From positions 2,173 to 66,172 of IMG/VR virus record IMGVR_UViG_3300017605_000212: a stretch of DNA of 64,000 nucleotides. One strand, 5' to 3'. Below, piece by piece: positions 1 to 10,199 of this stretch (the stretch's first letter is position 1; each line of letters starts with the position of its first letter). Origin of the DNA: a virus. Its lineage: Duplodnaviria > Caudoviricetes. The notes under the pieces are model-generated. The model had not been told where the DNA came from. It saw only the letters and a program-made list of their open reading frames with translations, and ran no database searches. Position numbers and translations under genes: made by a program.

Positions 1-217
1 CGCCGTTCTTCACGCCCTTGCCAGTGAGCCACGCGGGCGGCTCGGGGGTGTGTTCTGCGAGTTGGAAGATTGTGCGCCGGATACTTTCGGCGGTGTCCTC
101 TTGCAGATGCAGCGTTTTAAGCTGTTTCTTGAGGTCGTCCAGTTCTCTGTTCTTTTTTCTTATGAGCGCGGCGGCGTCGAGCAGCTTCTCGGCGTCGGTC
201 TTCACGGGCGGGGCCAT
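1..217 (-). CDS. Partial gene running off the left edge (MAPPVKTDAEKLL...PEPPAWLTGKGVKNG), N-terminal coiled coil; function unknown, possibly a metallophosphoesterase
   Basis: AAGGAG RBS 5 nt before ATG at 217, immediately after the terS stop; open to the window edge. Not in the ORF track. The function is a guess. Confidence 0.7.
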   Translation of the reverse strand, partial: MAPPVKTDAEKLLDAAALIRKKNRELDDLKKQLKTLHLQEDTAESIRRTIFQLAEHTPEPPAWLTGKGVKNG

Positions 218-219
218 TT

Positions 220-900
220 CTACTCCTTCGGTTCAGTTCTTGGCGTTGGAGGGTCAAGGTGTAGCGGCGCTGCGTCTCGCGCCCCTTCGGGCTCTGCTCG
301 TAGCGGCGTTGCGTCTCCCTGCCCTTCGCGGTTTTGCGGTATTTCTTCTGCCGCAACAGATGGAGCAATCGCTTGTTCGAGGACGATTTTTTCGTTGTTT
401 CCGAGGTTGATGCTGATAGTGATCTTTTCGCCGGTTCCAGCCTCAGCAGCACGTTCTCCAATGCCCGCAACCTTGGCGAATAGCTTGGCGGCTTCGACTG
501 CTTTGTTGAGGTCTTCATCTTTGGACTGCATCCGGGCCCCGAGCGTGGGTAGCGCCTCTTCCAAGGCAACAGCGGCCTTGAGCCTCACCCTCTCCGGGGT
601 GTTCGTAGCGGCTTCCCACTCGATTACCGATGCCTCTAGTGTGCGGCGAAAGTAAGGCATTACCTCGATAGACGCAAACTGAGACTGTGTCAACTTGTAG
701 GCTTTGAGGATCGTGGCCTTGTTCTGCATGTCGTACGCGAGTTCGCGTGCCAGCTTGACGATCTGGTTCTCTGTCAGCGTTACCGGCTCGGTAACAACGG
801 GCAGGGCGGCGATTGGGTTGGTGTGCAACGGCTCTACCGTGCAGACGCCCAGTTCAAGCGGGGCGAAGCACACGTCACAGCGGGCAGTAAGGTCGGTCAT
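220..900 (-). CDS. terS: Putative terminase small subunit
   Basis: 226 aa, helical, with a C-terminal ITISINLG beta-strand typical of TerS; divergent from the portal; same strand as the terL fragment at the far end. Confidence 0.55.
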   Translation of the reverse strand: MTDLTARCDVCFAPLELGVCTVEPLHTNPIAALPVVTEPVTLTENQIVKLARELAYDMQNKATILKAYKLTQSQFASIEVMPYFRRTLEASVIEWEAATNTPERVRLKAAVALEEALPTLGARMQSKDEDLNKAVEAAKLFAKVAGIGERAAEAGTGEKITISINLGNNEKIVLEQAIAPSVAAEEIPQNREGQGDATPLRAEPEGARDAAPLHLDPPTPRTEPKE

Positions 901-934
901 AGGGGGCCTCCGTGGCTGGGATACGCGCTAGTCG

Positions 935-949
935 TTAATTACTCCTTAG
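935..949. promoter_or_regulatory. CtrA-like box (TTAA-N7-TTAG) in the divergent terS/portal intergenic region
   Basis: TTAATTACTCCTTAG, one mismatch to TTAA-N7-TTAA. Confidence 0.4.
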
Positions 950-996
950 CATGTTCCGATTACGGTGCGGCTGTCACACTATCCACCGGGACGCAC

Positions 997-3315
997 ATGG
1001 CTGACACACTAAGACAATCCGGCGTACTACAGGTCATTCCCCCGGCGCAGTTGGAGGCTCAGCTTCAGAAGCGGGCGGACGACGCCGCCGCAGCCGCTGC
1101 CCCGAAGCCCCCTGACATTACGCCCCTCGCTGGGTACATTCGTACACAATTTGAGATAATGCGAAACCACAGAAACACGCAGGCCGGGTGGTCGAACCGC
1201 CTGATCGGCGCGTTGCGGGTGTTCAACGGGCAATATGACCCGACCAAAATCCAAGAAATCCAGAAGATGGGCGGCAGCGAGGTGTTTGCCCGCCTGATCG
1301 CCCAGAAATGCCGCGCCGCCTCTTCGCTGCTGCGGGACATTTACCTCGGGCAAGATCGCCCGTGGGCCCTCAAGCCGCCTACGTCCCCGACCATTCCGCC
1401 TGACGTGATGCAGAACATCGACGTTCTGTTGCAGCACGAGCATACGATGGTGTCGCAGTCCCAAGGCGGGACGCCGCCCTCTGTTTCCGACGCCAAAAAG
1501 CGCCGCGACGCCCTTATGAGGAGCGCCACCGATGCCGCCAAGAAGAAATCCGCTGCCCAGTGCCGCATCAGTGAAGACAAGATCGAAGACATACTACGCC
1601 AAGGTGGGTACTATCATGCTCTTGCCGAGTTCCTTGTGGACCTCCCCATATTCGTCTTCGGATGTATCAAGGGCCCTGTCGTTAAGATTGTGCCAGAGGT
1701 GCAATGGCCACCCGGTGGTGGTCAGCCTAATGTCGTCCAATCGCCTCGTCTTACGTGGAACCGCGTCTCGCCATTCGACATTTGGATGACCCCGGGCGTT
1801 GCCGATATTGAAAACGCCGACGTTATCGAGAAAATGCGCCTCACCCGCGCCGAACTGAACGACCTGCTGGACCTCCCGGGATACAACACCGACGAAATCC
1901 GCGCTGTTCTTGACGAATACGGGCGGGGTGGCCTCTACGACAACTGGGATACCACGGACGCTGAGCGGGCCGTGCTGGAGAGCCGCGAGAACCCGGCGTG
2001 GAACCGGTCCGCAATGATTACAATGATGGAGTTCAACGGCAATGTTCAAGGCCGTACGCTCCAAGAATATGGCCTCGCGGTCCCCGACGAACTGCGGGAC
2101 TACTCCGTGCAGGCGTGGGTCATCGGGTCGCACGTTATCAAGTGTCAACTGAGCCCGAGCCCGCGCAAACGTCATCCGTATTTCATCACCTCCTTCGAGA
2201 AGGTCCCCGGCACCCCGGTCGGCAACGGCTTGACGGACCTCCTTGCCGACCTACAGGAAGTAGCCAATGCCACGTTGCGAAGTTTGGTCAACAATATCTC
2301 CATCGCCTCCGGTCCTCAGGTGGTCATCAACGACGACCGGCTCTCTCCCGAGGAAAATGGCGAGGATATGTACCCTTGGAAGCGCTGGCACACACGCAAC
2401 GACCCCGTTGGGTCCAATTCACAGGTGCCCATCAGCTTCTTCATGCCGACCTCGAACGCGCAGCAGCTTATCGCCGTCTTCCAAGAGTTCGTTTCCATAG
2501 CCGACGATGTGTCGGCCATACCGAAGTACGTAGGCGGACAAGCCAGTTCCGGTGGCGCAGGCCGTACAGCTTCGGGGCTGGCGATGCTCATGGGCAACGC
2601 CAGCAAAATTCTACAGACTGTCAGCGCGAACGTCGACCGCGATGTGGTCGAGCCGTCTCTGTTGCAGTTGACCGACATGATTATGCTCACGGACACGTCG
2701 GGCCTCCTCACGGGCGAAGAGAAAATTACGGTCCAAGGCGTCAACGTCGCCATCCAGCGCGAGACGCTGCGGCAGCGCCAGATCGAGTTCCTGCAAGCCA
2801 CGCAGAACCCGGTGGACAGCCATATCGTCGGGCTCAAGGGCCGCGCGGCCATGCTACGGTCGGTCGCCGCGACCCTCGGTATGGACGGCGAAGAAATCGT
2901 TCCGCCCGAGGAAGTCATCGAGCAGATGGACAAGGAGCAGAAGGACAAGGCGAAAAACGCGCAGCAGGGCGCTCTCGAACAGAAAGTCGAGGAGGGCATC
3001 CAAGCTGGCGTCAAGGCGGGCGTTTCCCGAATTTCGACCGAACTCACGGCGGGCGTCCTTGCCGAACGCGCCCAGTTGCCGGAAGGCAATCCGACGCACT
3101 TGGGCACACTCCCGATTGGAAACGGCAATGTGCCCCCGGCTGCACCGCACCCGCAGGGAAATACGCCGGGTACTGACTTGCGGCAGATGGCGGCTCACGC
3201 GCAAGGTACGAAGCCAAAACGGATGACCGGTGGCGGAATGTCGCCGCAGGTCGCCAATTTGACCAGTCGTTCGAGAGGACCGGGCGCTCGCCCGATTTCT
3301 CCCGGCGTCGGTTAA
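997..3315 (+). CDS. Portal (head-tail connector) protein
   Basis: About 772 aa from ATG 997; podovirus portal-like segments (RVSPFDIW, HPYFITSFEKVPGTPVGNGL, RTASGLAMLMGNA); first gene of the structural arm. Confidence 0.85.
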   Translation: MADTLRQSGVLQVIPPAQLEAQLQKRADDAAAAAAPKPPDITPLAGYIRTQFEIMRNHRNTQAGWSNRLIGALRVFNGQYDPTKIQEIQKMGGSEVFARLIAQKCRAASSLLRDIYLGQDRPWALKPPTSPTIPPDVMQNIDVLLQHEHTMVSQSQGGTPPSVSDAKKRRDALMRSATDAAKKKSAAQCRISEDKIEDILRQGGYYHALAEFLVDLPIFVFGCIKGPVVKIVPEVQWPPGGGQPNVVQSPRLTWNRVSPFDIWMTPGVADIENADVIEKMRLTRAELNDLLDLPGYNTDEIRAVLDEYGRGGLYDNWDTTDAERAVLESRENPAWNRSAMITMMEFNGNVQGRTLQEYGLAVPDELRDYSVQAWVIGSHVIKCQLSPSPRKRHPYFITSFEKVPGTPVGNGLTDLLADLQEVANATLRSLVNNISIASGPQVVINDDRLSPEENGEDMYPWKRWHTRNDPVGSNSQVPISFFMPTSNAQQLIAVFQEFVSIADDVSAIPKYVGGQASSGGAGRTASGLAMLMGNASKILQTVSANVDRDVVEPSLLQLTDMIMLTDTSGLLTGEEKITVQGVNVAIQRETLRQRQIEFLQATQNPVDSHIVGLKGRAAMLRSVAATLGMDGEEIVPPEEVIEQMDKEQKDKAKNAQQGALEQKVEEGIQAGVKAGVSRISTELTAGVLAERAQLPEGNPTHLGTLPIGNGNVPPAAPHPQGNTPGTDLRQMAAHAQGTKPKRMTGGGMSPQVANLTSRSRGPGARPISPGVG

Positions 3316-3370
3316 ACATTTAGCAACGAGTAGTGTGTAGACACAGAGGACCAGATAGGGGTTTCACGAT

Positions 3371-3811
3371 ATGTCGATTATCTCATCCAAGGACTACGAC
3401 AAACAGTCCATCCCGGGTATTTTGCGGCAGGTCGTTGATCGCCTCAATCTCGGTGGAACGGGCGCAACAGGTCCCACAGGTGGAACGGGCGCAACTGGCT
3501 CAACCGGCTCAACAGGCCCGACCGGCGCGAACGGCGCGGCGGGCGCAACCGGCGCAACTGGCCCGACTGGCCACGCTGGTCTTCGCGGACCGGCTGGCGC
3601 GGCCACTCCGGGCCCGACAGGCGCAGCAGGCGCGACTGGCCCGACCGGCGTCACCGGCCCCGCGTTTGGACCGACTGGTCCGACCGGCGCAGTAGGCGCA
3701 ACTGGCCCAACAGGTTCAGACACTGTCTTCATTGCTCCCGATGCCGATCCCGGCGTGACTGGCGCGGTGTGGAATGATAACGGCGATCTTCGCGTTTCAG
3801 CAGGAGCTTAA
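3371..3811 (+). CDS. Short collagen-like (Gly-X-Thr) fibre/decoration protein
   Basis: GPT/GAT repeats; C-terminal [19 protein letters not shown]. Confidence 0.85.
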   Translation: MSIISSKDYDKQSIPGILRQVVDRLNLGGTGATGPTGGTGATGSTGSTGPTGANGAAGATGATGPTGHAGLRGPAGAATPGPTGAAGATGPTGVTGPAFGPTGPTGAVGATGPTGSDTVFIAPDADPGVTGAVWNDNGDLRVSAGA

Positions 3812-3814
3812 CCG

Positions 3815-4294
3815 ATGCCCCCGGCACGTATCAATGTGCCTGTAAATCCTGACGATCAGGGTATTCAGGTCGCTCTGAAAGCCTCCGTCGACCGCGTCAA
3901 TGCCGCCGACATAGTCGGTGTTGACGGGCCCGCAGGCGCAGCAGGCGCAGCAGGCGCGACTGGCCCGACCGGCAATACTGGCGCTACCGGCGCAAGCCCG
4001 ACTGGGCCGACTGGCCCTACCGGCGCGATTGGCGTCACCGGCACTTCGACGCCTACAGGCCCAACGGGTCCGACCGGGTCCTCGCAAGTCACGGGACCGG
4101 CTGGTCCTAATAGTACGCCGACCGGCGCGACCGGCCCGACAGGCCCGCGCGGCGCGACCGGCGCACAAGGCCCCAACCCGAAAGAGGTTGACAATCTTTT
4201 TATTCCGCCTACAACTAACCCCGGCGTGACCGGGCAGGTGTGGAACGACGAAGGCGTCCTTCAAGTATCACGAGGTCCGACACCCGGCGAATAA
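3815..4294 (+). CDS. Short collagen-like fibre/decoration protein, paralog of the upstream gene
   Basis: GPT repeats; C-terminal [19 protein letters not shown]. Confidence 0.85.
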   Translation: MPPARINVPVNPDDQGIQVALKASVDRVNAADIVGVDGPAGAAGAAGATGPTGNTGATGASPTGPTGPTGAIGVTGTSTPTGPTGPTGSSQVTGPAGPNSTPTGATGPTGPRGATGAQGPNPKEVDNLFIPPTTNPGVTGQVWNDEGVLQVSRGPTPGE

Positions 4295-4327
4295 AAAGAC
4301 TACCCTAGACCCCACTAGGAGACGGAA

Positions 4328-6304
4328 GTGAAAATCTGCCTGAACATGATCGTCCGCAATGAAGCGGATAAGATCGCCCGCTGCCTATCAAGCCTCGTTG
4401 ACCACATTGACTGTTGGTCTATAACGGACACCGGATCGTCGGACGGGACACCCGAGGCGATCACGGCGTTCTTCAAAAAGCACAACAAACCCGGATGCCT
4501 CCACCATGAGCCGTTCGTCAACTTCGAGCAGGCGCGGAACGCCGCGCTTACTCACGCCCGCACCGACCCCATTGAATGGGATTATATCCTCCTCTGCGAT
4601 GCCGACATGTCCCTTGTCGTCAAGGACAAGGACTGGCGAAAGGCGCTCGCTGGGGGTCAGTCTTACGAAGCGGTACAACGAGGTGGGACACTCACTTATT
4701 TCAACAAGCGATTTGTTAAACGTGGCGAGACCGGCCTCTATCGCGGCGTCACCCACGAGTACCTCGACATACCGTCCAGCGGGTGGGTGGATGGTATTAT
4801 CTTCAAGGATTACGGCGATGGGACGAACCGCAAAGATAAATTTGTTCGAGACATTGCGCTCCTCTTGGACGGACTTCGGACCGAGCCCAATAACGCCCGA
4901 TACTGGTTCTATCTTGCGTCATCTTACAAGGATGCAGGCGATAACGAAAAAGCAGCGGAGGCCTACCGGCAACGCGCCCTGATGGGCGGCTGGGACGAGG
5001 AAGTCTGGTACTCCCTCTACCAGCGTGCAATCTGCCTGAAAGATTTGGGCCGCGATGCTGAGTTTATACAGCAGACCATTGATGCCTTTAATCGCCGTCC
5101 GACGCGGGCCGAGACGTGCTGGCTGCTGGCCAACTATTTCCGGCATAACGGCATGAACGAAGCGGGCCTTATGTGGGCCGAGCGCGGCTTGCAAATACCG
5201 TATCCGACGGACCGGCTGTTTGTGAATGACTACATGTACCGGACGGGGCTCATGGAAGAGTACTCGATCATGGGCTTCTACAACGAGCGCCATCGCCCGT
5301 TTGCCGCCAAGTGCTGCAACAAGCTGATGCTCGATAAGGAAGGGACCGACGCCTCGCGAAATCAGGCGCGGTTCAATATCTACCACTTCCTCAAGCCGTT
5401 GAAGGACCGCTGCAAGTCGTTCAATGCGAAGAAGCTGGAGGTCGACGTACCAGAGGGATGGGTGCCGCTTAACCCGTCAGTGACAACGTACAATGGGGCG
5501 TTATACACGACGATCCGCACCGTCAATTATGAGATTGACCACGACGGTCGGTACAACATCGCAGGGCACGGGCCCGAAATCGACGCGAACAATCCGATAC
5601 GAACCCGTACTCTACTCGCAACTCTCAGCCCCGCAACTCTTGGGGTTACTGGATATGCACCTCTCGAATTGCCTCCAATGCGCCCGCCCGAATATAAGCT
5701 CGTCAGGGGCTTTGAGGACTGCCGTCTCTTCGAGTATGGCGGCGAACTCTGCGTATCAGCGTGCTGTCGCGAAACAACCCCCGAAGGCTGGTGCGAACAA
5801 GTCTTCGCGAAAGTAGGCAAGAACAACGTCCTCTATGACTGGCACCGCATGTTGCCAGAGACACGCCAACATGAGAAAAACTGGATGCCGCGCGTGAAGG
5901 ACGGCGAATTGCAGTTCTTCTACCGGCTGGGCACGGTGGTCGATGAACACGCCAAAGTTATACGGGAGAAGGAGACACCTCTTGCGACTGAGAGAATTAG
6001 CGGTGGGTCGCAGGCAATACCATACGGCAACGGATGGCTCGCGGTCGTTCATGAGGCTAACTTCATCCCGGGCACCCAGCGACGGTATTACCTGCATCGC
6101 TTTGTGTGGTGGGACCAATATTCCAATGTTAGGCGCATCAGTGATCCATTCGTATTCAATGGACGATCCATTGAGTTTTGCGCCGGTATCACGGTCCACC
6201 CGAACGGCAAGGCCCTCGTGGTATCCTACGGCGTTGCGGACCGCGAAGCATGGATCGGCGTGATTTCCAAGGAAGACGTAGATGGGATGGTGTTCGATGA
6301 GTAA
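4328..6304 (+). CDS. Family 2 glycosyltransferase with TPR repeats and a C-terminal beta-propeller-like domain
   Basis: ICLNMIVRNE, DTGSSDGT, FEQARNAAL, LCDAD (DxD) and GVTHEYL are GT2 motifs; TPR helices (PNNARYWFYLA); C-terminal EDCRLF/EKNWMP/YLHRF/IEFCAG. Confidence 0.88.
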   Translation: MKICLNMIVRNEADKIARCLSSLVDHIDCWSITDTGSSDGTPEAITAFFKKHNKPGCLHHEPFVNFEQARNAALTHARTDPIEWDYILLCDADMSLVVKDKDWRKALAGGQSYEAVQRGGTLTYFNKRFVKRGETGLYRGVTHEYLDIPSSGWVDGIIFKDYGDGTNRKDKFVRDIALLLDGLRTEPNNARYWFYLASSYKDAGDNEKAAEAYRQRALMGGWDEEVWYSLYQRAICLKDLGRDAEFIQQTIDAFNRRPTRAETCWLLANYFRHNGMNEAGLMWAERGLQIPYPTDRLFVNDYMYRTGLMEEYSIMGFYNERHRPFAAKCCNKLMLDKEGTDASRNQARFNIYHFLKPLKDRCKSFNAKKLEVDVPEGWVPLNPSVTTYNGALYTTIRTVNYEIDHDGRYNIAGHGPEIDANNPIRTRTLLATLSPATLGVTGYAPLELPPMRPPEYKLVRGFEDCRLFEYGGELCVSACCRETTPEGWCEQVFAKVGKNNVLYDWHRMLPETRQHEKNWMPRVKDGELQFFYRLGTVVDEHAKVIREKETPLATERISGGSQAIPYGNGWLAVVHEANFIPGTQRRYYLHRFVWWDQYSNVRRISDPFVFNGRSIEFCAGITVHPNGKALVVSYGVADREAWIGVISKEDVDGMVFDE

Positions 6305-7004
6305 CCCGATTGCGAACCTTGACTGGGTCAATACGCAGACCAACTCCGCGCTCCAATCCGAGCACGAAGTCGGATACGCCCGCGTCCTCACGCTGGAGGA
6401 CGGCTACAATTTCCACAACGAGCGGTGGAAGAACTGGGACAACTACGCGGCACTGCACCATACGTTCCTGCTGACAAGCGCCGACGACCTTATAGTGGAC
6501 GCTGGCGCTTGCCGCGACCCAAAATACCCATCGGCATATCTCCCGACGCTGGCCAAGCGCGGCTATCGCGACTTGATGGGTGTCAATCTGGACGAGAAGA
6601 CGCCGTACAGCTTCGAGAGTGGGGTCGTGTACCGACAAGGAAACATCGAGCATATGGGGTTCCTCTCCACGAAATCGGTGGCTTTCCTCGCCTGCCTCAG
6701 CACTATCGAGCACGGAGTGAATTTGGAGAAGTTCTTCCACGAGGCTGGGCGCGTTCTCCAGCGCAATGGTCACCTGTTTGTGTCCTTCGACTACTGGAAG
6801 GACCCGGTCGATACGCGCGGGATGCACGCCTTCGGCGTCCCGATCAAGATTTTCGACGAAGCTGACGTGCGCCAGATGGTTGAACTGGCCTACGCGAATG
6901 ACATGGACCTAACGTCCCCATTCGTGCCCGACTGCCGCGACCGGGTCGTGAAGTGGATGGGCCTCGAATACACGTTCGCCAACCTTCTCCTCCGTAAGAA
7001 ATAA
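6297..7004 (+). CDS. Class I SAM-dependent methyltransferase
   Basis: IVDAGA motif I, CLSTIEHG, FFHEAGRVLQRNGHLFVSFD; overlaps the GT stop (translational coupling). Confidence 0.8.
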   Translation: MSNPIANLDWVNTQTNSALQSEHEVGYARVLTLEDGYNFHNERWKNWDNYAALHHTFLLTSADDLIVDAGACRDPKYPSAYLPTLAKRGYRDLMGVNLDEKTPYSFESGVVYRQGNIEHMGFLSTKSVAFLACLSTIEHGVNLEKFFHEAGRVLQRNGHLFVSFDYWKDPVDTRGMHAFGVPIKIFDEADVRQMVELAYANDMDLTSPFVPDCRDRVVKWMGLEYTFANLLLRKK

Positions 7005-7063
7005 TTTACGCCTTAGCCTTATCAGTTGGAGCCATCGCGATATGGTTCCAACTGGAGGCTCCT

Positions 7064-7282
7064 ATGGCCACTAACGAAAAGTCCCACAACGTCGAGTTCG
7101 CCAAGGGCGGCAAGACGAAGATGTTTGGCAAGCAAGCTGCGGGTCCGCAGAAGCCTGCTGACACTGCCCATGACGTAACTGGCGGTGCCCCGGGCGACAA
7201 GTACGCCTGCGGTGGCTCCACGAAAATGTTTGGGTTCGCAGGCTCGCAGCCCGCACAGGCTGGCAAGACCAGCGCCCGATAA
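7064..7282 (+). CDS. Small basic protein, likely virion-internal
   Basis: GGAGG RBS; internal repeat FAKGGKTKMFG / YACGGSTKMFG. Confidence 0.75.
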   Translation: MATNEKSHNVEFAKGGKTKMFGKQAAGPQKPADTAHDVTGGAPGDKYACGGSTKMFGFAGSQPAQAGKTSAR

Positions 7283-7500
7283 TGTCCTTCGGCTCGATCA
7301 AGGGCGGCGGGAAAAAGGGTCCATCACGAGTGCCTGCGCCGCGCGGCGAGGCAAAATTCGTGCTGGGTTCGCGCCCGTCTGCCTTTCGATCACCGACGCC
7401 TAAGGGCATCAAACCCGAGACGCAGAAGCCCACTCGGGACTACGGCAAACCGGAGAACCTTCCGGGCTTCGACAAAACCGGCCTGACCGGGGAGAGTTAA
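7282..7500 (+). CDS. Small basic hypothetical protein
   Basis: TAATG coupling with the previous gene. Confidence 0.6.
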   Translation: MSFGSIKGGGKKGPSRVPAPRGEAKFVLGSRPSAFRSPTPKGIKPETQKPTRDYGKPENLPGFDKTGLTGES

Positions 7501-7501
7501 C

Positions 7502-7687
7502 ATGCCCGTGTTCAAGAAACACCTGACGCCCCTCACGAAGAAGGGCCAGATCGACAAACACGAGGGCAAGGGCGCGAGAGTATTCAAGCCTGCCCCTCAG
7601 CAGTCGTTCAATAACTTCGCCAAGTCGACGCCTATGGCGAACCCGCAACCGCCGAGCCTTCCCGATACAGACATGGACGGGATGTAA
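7502..7687 (+). CDS. Small hypothetical protein
   Basis: Tight operon packing; GGAG RBS. Confidence 0.6.
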   Translation: MPVFKKHLTPLTKKGQIDKHEGKGARVFKPAPQQSFNNFAKSTPMANPQPPSLPDTDMDGM

Positions 7688-7923
7688 TGACGCCAGTTCA
7701 GGGGGTGGCGCAACGCGCCGCCTTCCTCAAGCACGCTGCCCCCAGTGAGTTTGAGGAGTTCGTTAAGGCTTTATCAGCCTATTCGGACCATATCCTACGA
7801 GGAGTGATTGCCGCGCCTTCCGATGAAGTCCTTGTGGCTCAGGGGAACGCGCAAATGCTGCTGAAGGTCGTACAGACGCTAGTCGAGTGCGATAGCCCGA
7901 AGCAGAACCGACCCACACCGTAA
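7687..7923 (+). CDS. Small hypothetical protein upstream of the scaffold
   Basis: TAATG coupling; EVLVAQGNAQML resembles small pre-scaffold podovirus proteins. Confidence 0.7.
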   Translation: MTPVQGVAQRAAFLKHAAPSEFEEFVKALSAYSDHILRGVIAAPSDEVLVAQGNAQMLLKVVQTLVECDSPKQNRPTP

Positions 7924-7962
7924 GCCCCCCAAGCCCCGTGTGCGTCAACAGGAGTTTGAGCT

Positions 7963-9039
7963 ATGACGACCCAGCCCGCCCCGGCTGATCGGGTGGACCC
8001 CAATGTCCGTATGCCCGACAGCGTAAGAGCAGCCGCAGCCAAAGCCGCATCGTTTTACGAACAACCCCCAGCAGACGCGCCCGCAAGCGCGGAACCGGCA
8101 AAAGAACCGGCTGCTGAGGGCGTTACCGAACCGGTAACACCAGCGCAGCCGCCCGCCGCCGCTGCCCCTGAACCGGCGAAAGAACCGGCAGCAGCCCCCG
8201 CCGCCCCGGTCCAACCGGTTGAACCCCAACAGCCGGAACCCACAGAGCAGGATTGGCATCACCGCTTCCTGTCCATGCAGGGGCGCTACAACGCCTCACA
8301 GAAGACCATCGGCTCCTTGCAGGAGCAGATCGCCCAGATGGGCGACGAACTCATGCGTATGCAGGGTGCGCTTCAAGGCCAGCCGCCAACACAGGGCCAG
8401 CAGCCGGACACGCGGTATCAGAAGCTGACCGAGAAGGATGTGCAGGAGTACGGCACCGAGTTGATCGACGTGGTGAAGCGGGCCGCAGCCGAGGTTGTTG
8501 CTCCTGAGTTGGAAAGCGTCAAGGCCGAAAATGCGGAGTTGAAACGGGAGGTTGCCTATACTGCCCGCGAGCGCCTGTTGCAGCATCTGGACACCGCGCT
8601 GCCCGAGTGGCGCACCATCAACAAGGACCAGCGTTTCCTCCAGTGGCTCAATTTACCAAATGTTTACACTGGGGTGATAAGAAAACAGATGTTGAACCAA
8701 GCCTATCAAGCGGCTCATGCCCCTAGGGTGCTTGCGTTCTTCAAGGACTTCCTCTCAGAGGAACGTGCCACGGGTCATAGCACAACCCCGACGCAGCCAG
8801 CGGCCCCAGCGGCCCCTCGCACAGCGGCGGTCCAGTTGGAAACGCTTGCAGCCCCCGGCAAAGCTCGACCGGCCTCAGGTAACACTGACGCGCCCGCCGA
8901 CAAACCAGTATTCACTCGTGCCCAGATTGCGGCGTTCTACGCGGACGTTCGCGCCCAGCGATATGCTGGACGTGACGCCGAGAAGAACCGCCTCGAACAG
9001 GAGATTTTCGCGGCGCAGCGAGAAGGGCGTGTACGTTAA
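7963..9039 (+). CDS. Capsid scaffolding protein
   Basis: Pro/Ala-rich N-terminus, coiled coil, C-terminal EQEIFAAQREGRV; directly upstream of the MCP; AGGAG RBS. Confidence 0.75.
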   Translation: MTTQPAPADRVDPNVRMPDSVRAAAAKAASFYEQPPADAPASAEPAKEPAAEGVTEPVTPAQPPAAAAPEPAKEPAAAPAAPVQPVEPQQPEPTEQDWHHRFLSMQGRYNASQKTIGSLQEQIAQMGDELMRMQGALQGQPPTQGQQPDTRYQKLTEKDVQEYGTELIDVVKRAAAEVVAPELESVKAENAELKREVAYTARERLLQHLDTALPEWRTINKDQRFLQWLNLPNVYTGVIRKQMLNQAYQAAHAPRVLAFFKDFLSEERATGHSTTPTQPAAPAAPRTAAVQLETLAAPGKARPASGNTDAPADKPVFTRAQIAAFYADVRAQRYAGRDAEKNRLEQEIFAAQREGRVR

Positions 9040-9076
9040 ACCGGGGACCTAACCGTCCCCACAAATGGAGGGGACA

Positions 9077-10087
9077 ATGGGTATCCCAACCGCAGGATTT
9101 CCGGGTGCAACCTCAGGCTCAACGCCTGCAATTTACCCGGTAGGCTCGACTACCAACGGCCTTCAGGCTTCGGGGTTTATTCCCGAAATCTGGTCGGGCA
9201 AGTTGGTCGAGAAGTTTTACGCCTCGACGGTCCTTGCTGCTATCAGCAACACGGACTACGAGGGTGAAATCAAGAACAAGGGTGACCGGGTCAAAATCCG
9301 CACCAAACCGACGATCAGCATCCACGACTACAAGTCGGACGGATTGCTGGGCCTTGACCGCCCGACTGGCGGCACGGTTGAGTTGTATATCGGCAACGGC
9401 AAGTACTTCTCGCTCATCCTCGACGACGTGATGGAAGTCCAGAGCGATCTGAACGTCCTCAGCATGTGGTCGGACGATGCGGCGCAGCAGTTGAAGATCG
9501 CTGTCGATACCGACGTGCTGGACGGCATTGTCGGCCAGTGCAACGCGGCCAACAAGGGTACGTCGGCTGGCGCGATCACCGCCTCGATCAACCTTGGCGT
9601 GAAAGGCACGCCGCTCTCCGTCGTGGGCAAGAACCCCGACACGGGCGACGTGGAGTTGCTGGACGTGCTTATGCGTCTGGGTCAGGTCCTTGACGAACAG
9701 AACATCCCCGAAGAGGGACGTTGGGTCGTCATGCCTGCTTGGGCTGGCCGCATGATTAAGCAGTCAGAACTCCGTCAGGCGTACCTGTCTGGCGACAGCG
9801 TGTCGATGCTCCGCAATGGACGCCTCGGCATGGTGGATCGGTTCACGATCTACATCAGCAACCTGCTCCCGACCAACGCGACGGACAGCGCGAACTTCGA
9901 CAGCGGCGAATGGCCCATCTTTGCGGGTCACGCGCACGGTCTGACGTTCGCCTCTCAGATCAGCAAGGTCGAGACGCTGCGCTCGGAGTTGACCTTCGGT
10001 CAAATCCTGCGCGGTTTGCAGGTCTACGGCTACCAAGTCGTGGACGGCAAGGCGCTGGCGCAGTCGATTGTGACGCCGAACTCCTAA
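9077..10087 (+). CDS. Major capsid protein (HK97 fold)
   Basis: FIPEIWSGKL, ISNTDYEGEI..GDRVKIR, RGLQVYGY; strong codon bias; GGAGG RBS; followed by a terminator. Confidence 0.92.
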   Translation: MGIPTAGFPGATSGSTPAIYPVGSTTNGLQASGFIPEIWSGKLVEKFYASTVLAAISNTDYEGEIKNKGDRVKIRTKPTISIHDYKSDGLLGLDRPTGGTVELYIGNGKYFSLILDDVMEVQSDLNVLSMWSDDAAQQLKIAVDTDVLDGIVGQCNAANKGTSAGAITASINLGVKGTPLSVVGKNPDTGDVELLDVLMRLGQVLDEQNIPEEGRWVVMPAWAGRMIKQSELRQAYLSGDSVSMLRNGRLGMVDRFTIYISNLLPTNATDSANFDSGEWPIFAGHAHGLTFASQISKVETLRSELTFGQILRGLQVYGYQVVDGKALAQSIVTPNS

Positions 10088-10111
10088 TCGGGGTTTGTGA
10101 CAACAAAGAAC

Positions 10112-10143
10112 AGGGCCCGGGGGCAACTCCGGGCTCTTTTGTT
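10112..10143 (+). terminator. Rho-independent terminator after the MCP
   Basis: GGGCCCGGGG-GCAA-CTCCGGGCTC followed by TTTTGTT. Confidence 0.8.
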
Positions 10144-10199
10144 ATGCAATCCTTAACCGGTAGTCGTTACCGTACGCGCACCAACCGACGGTGGGAAGC

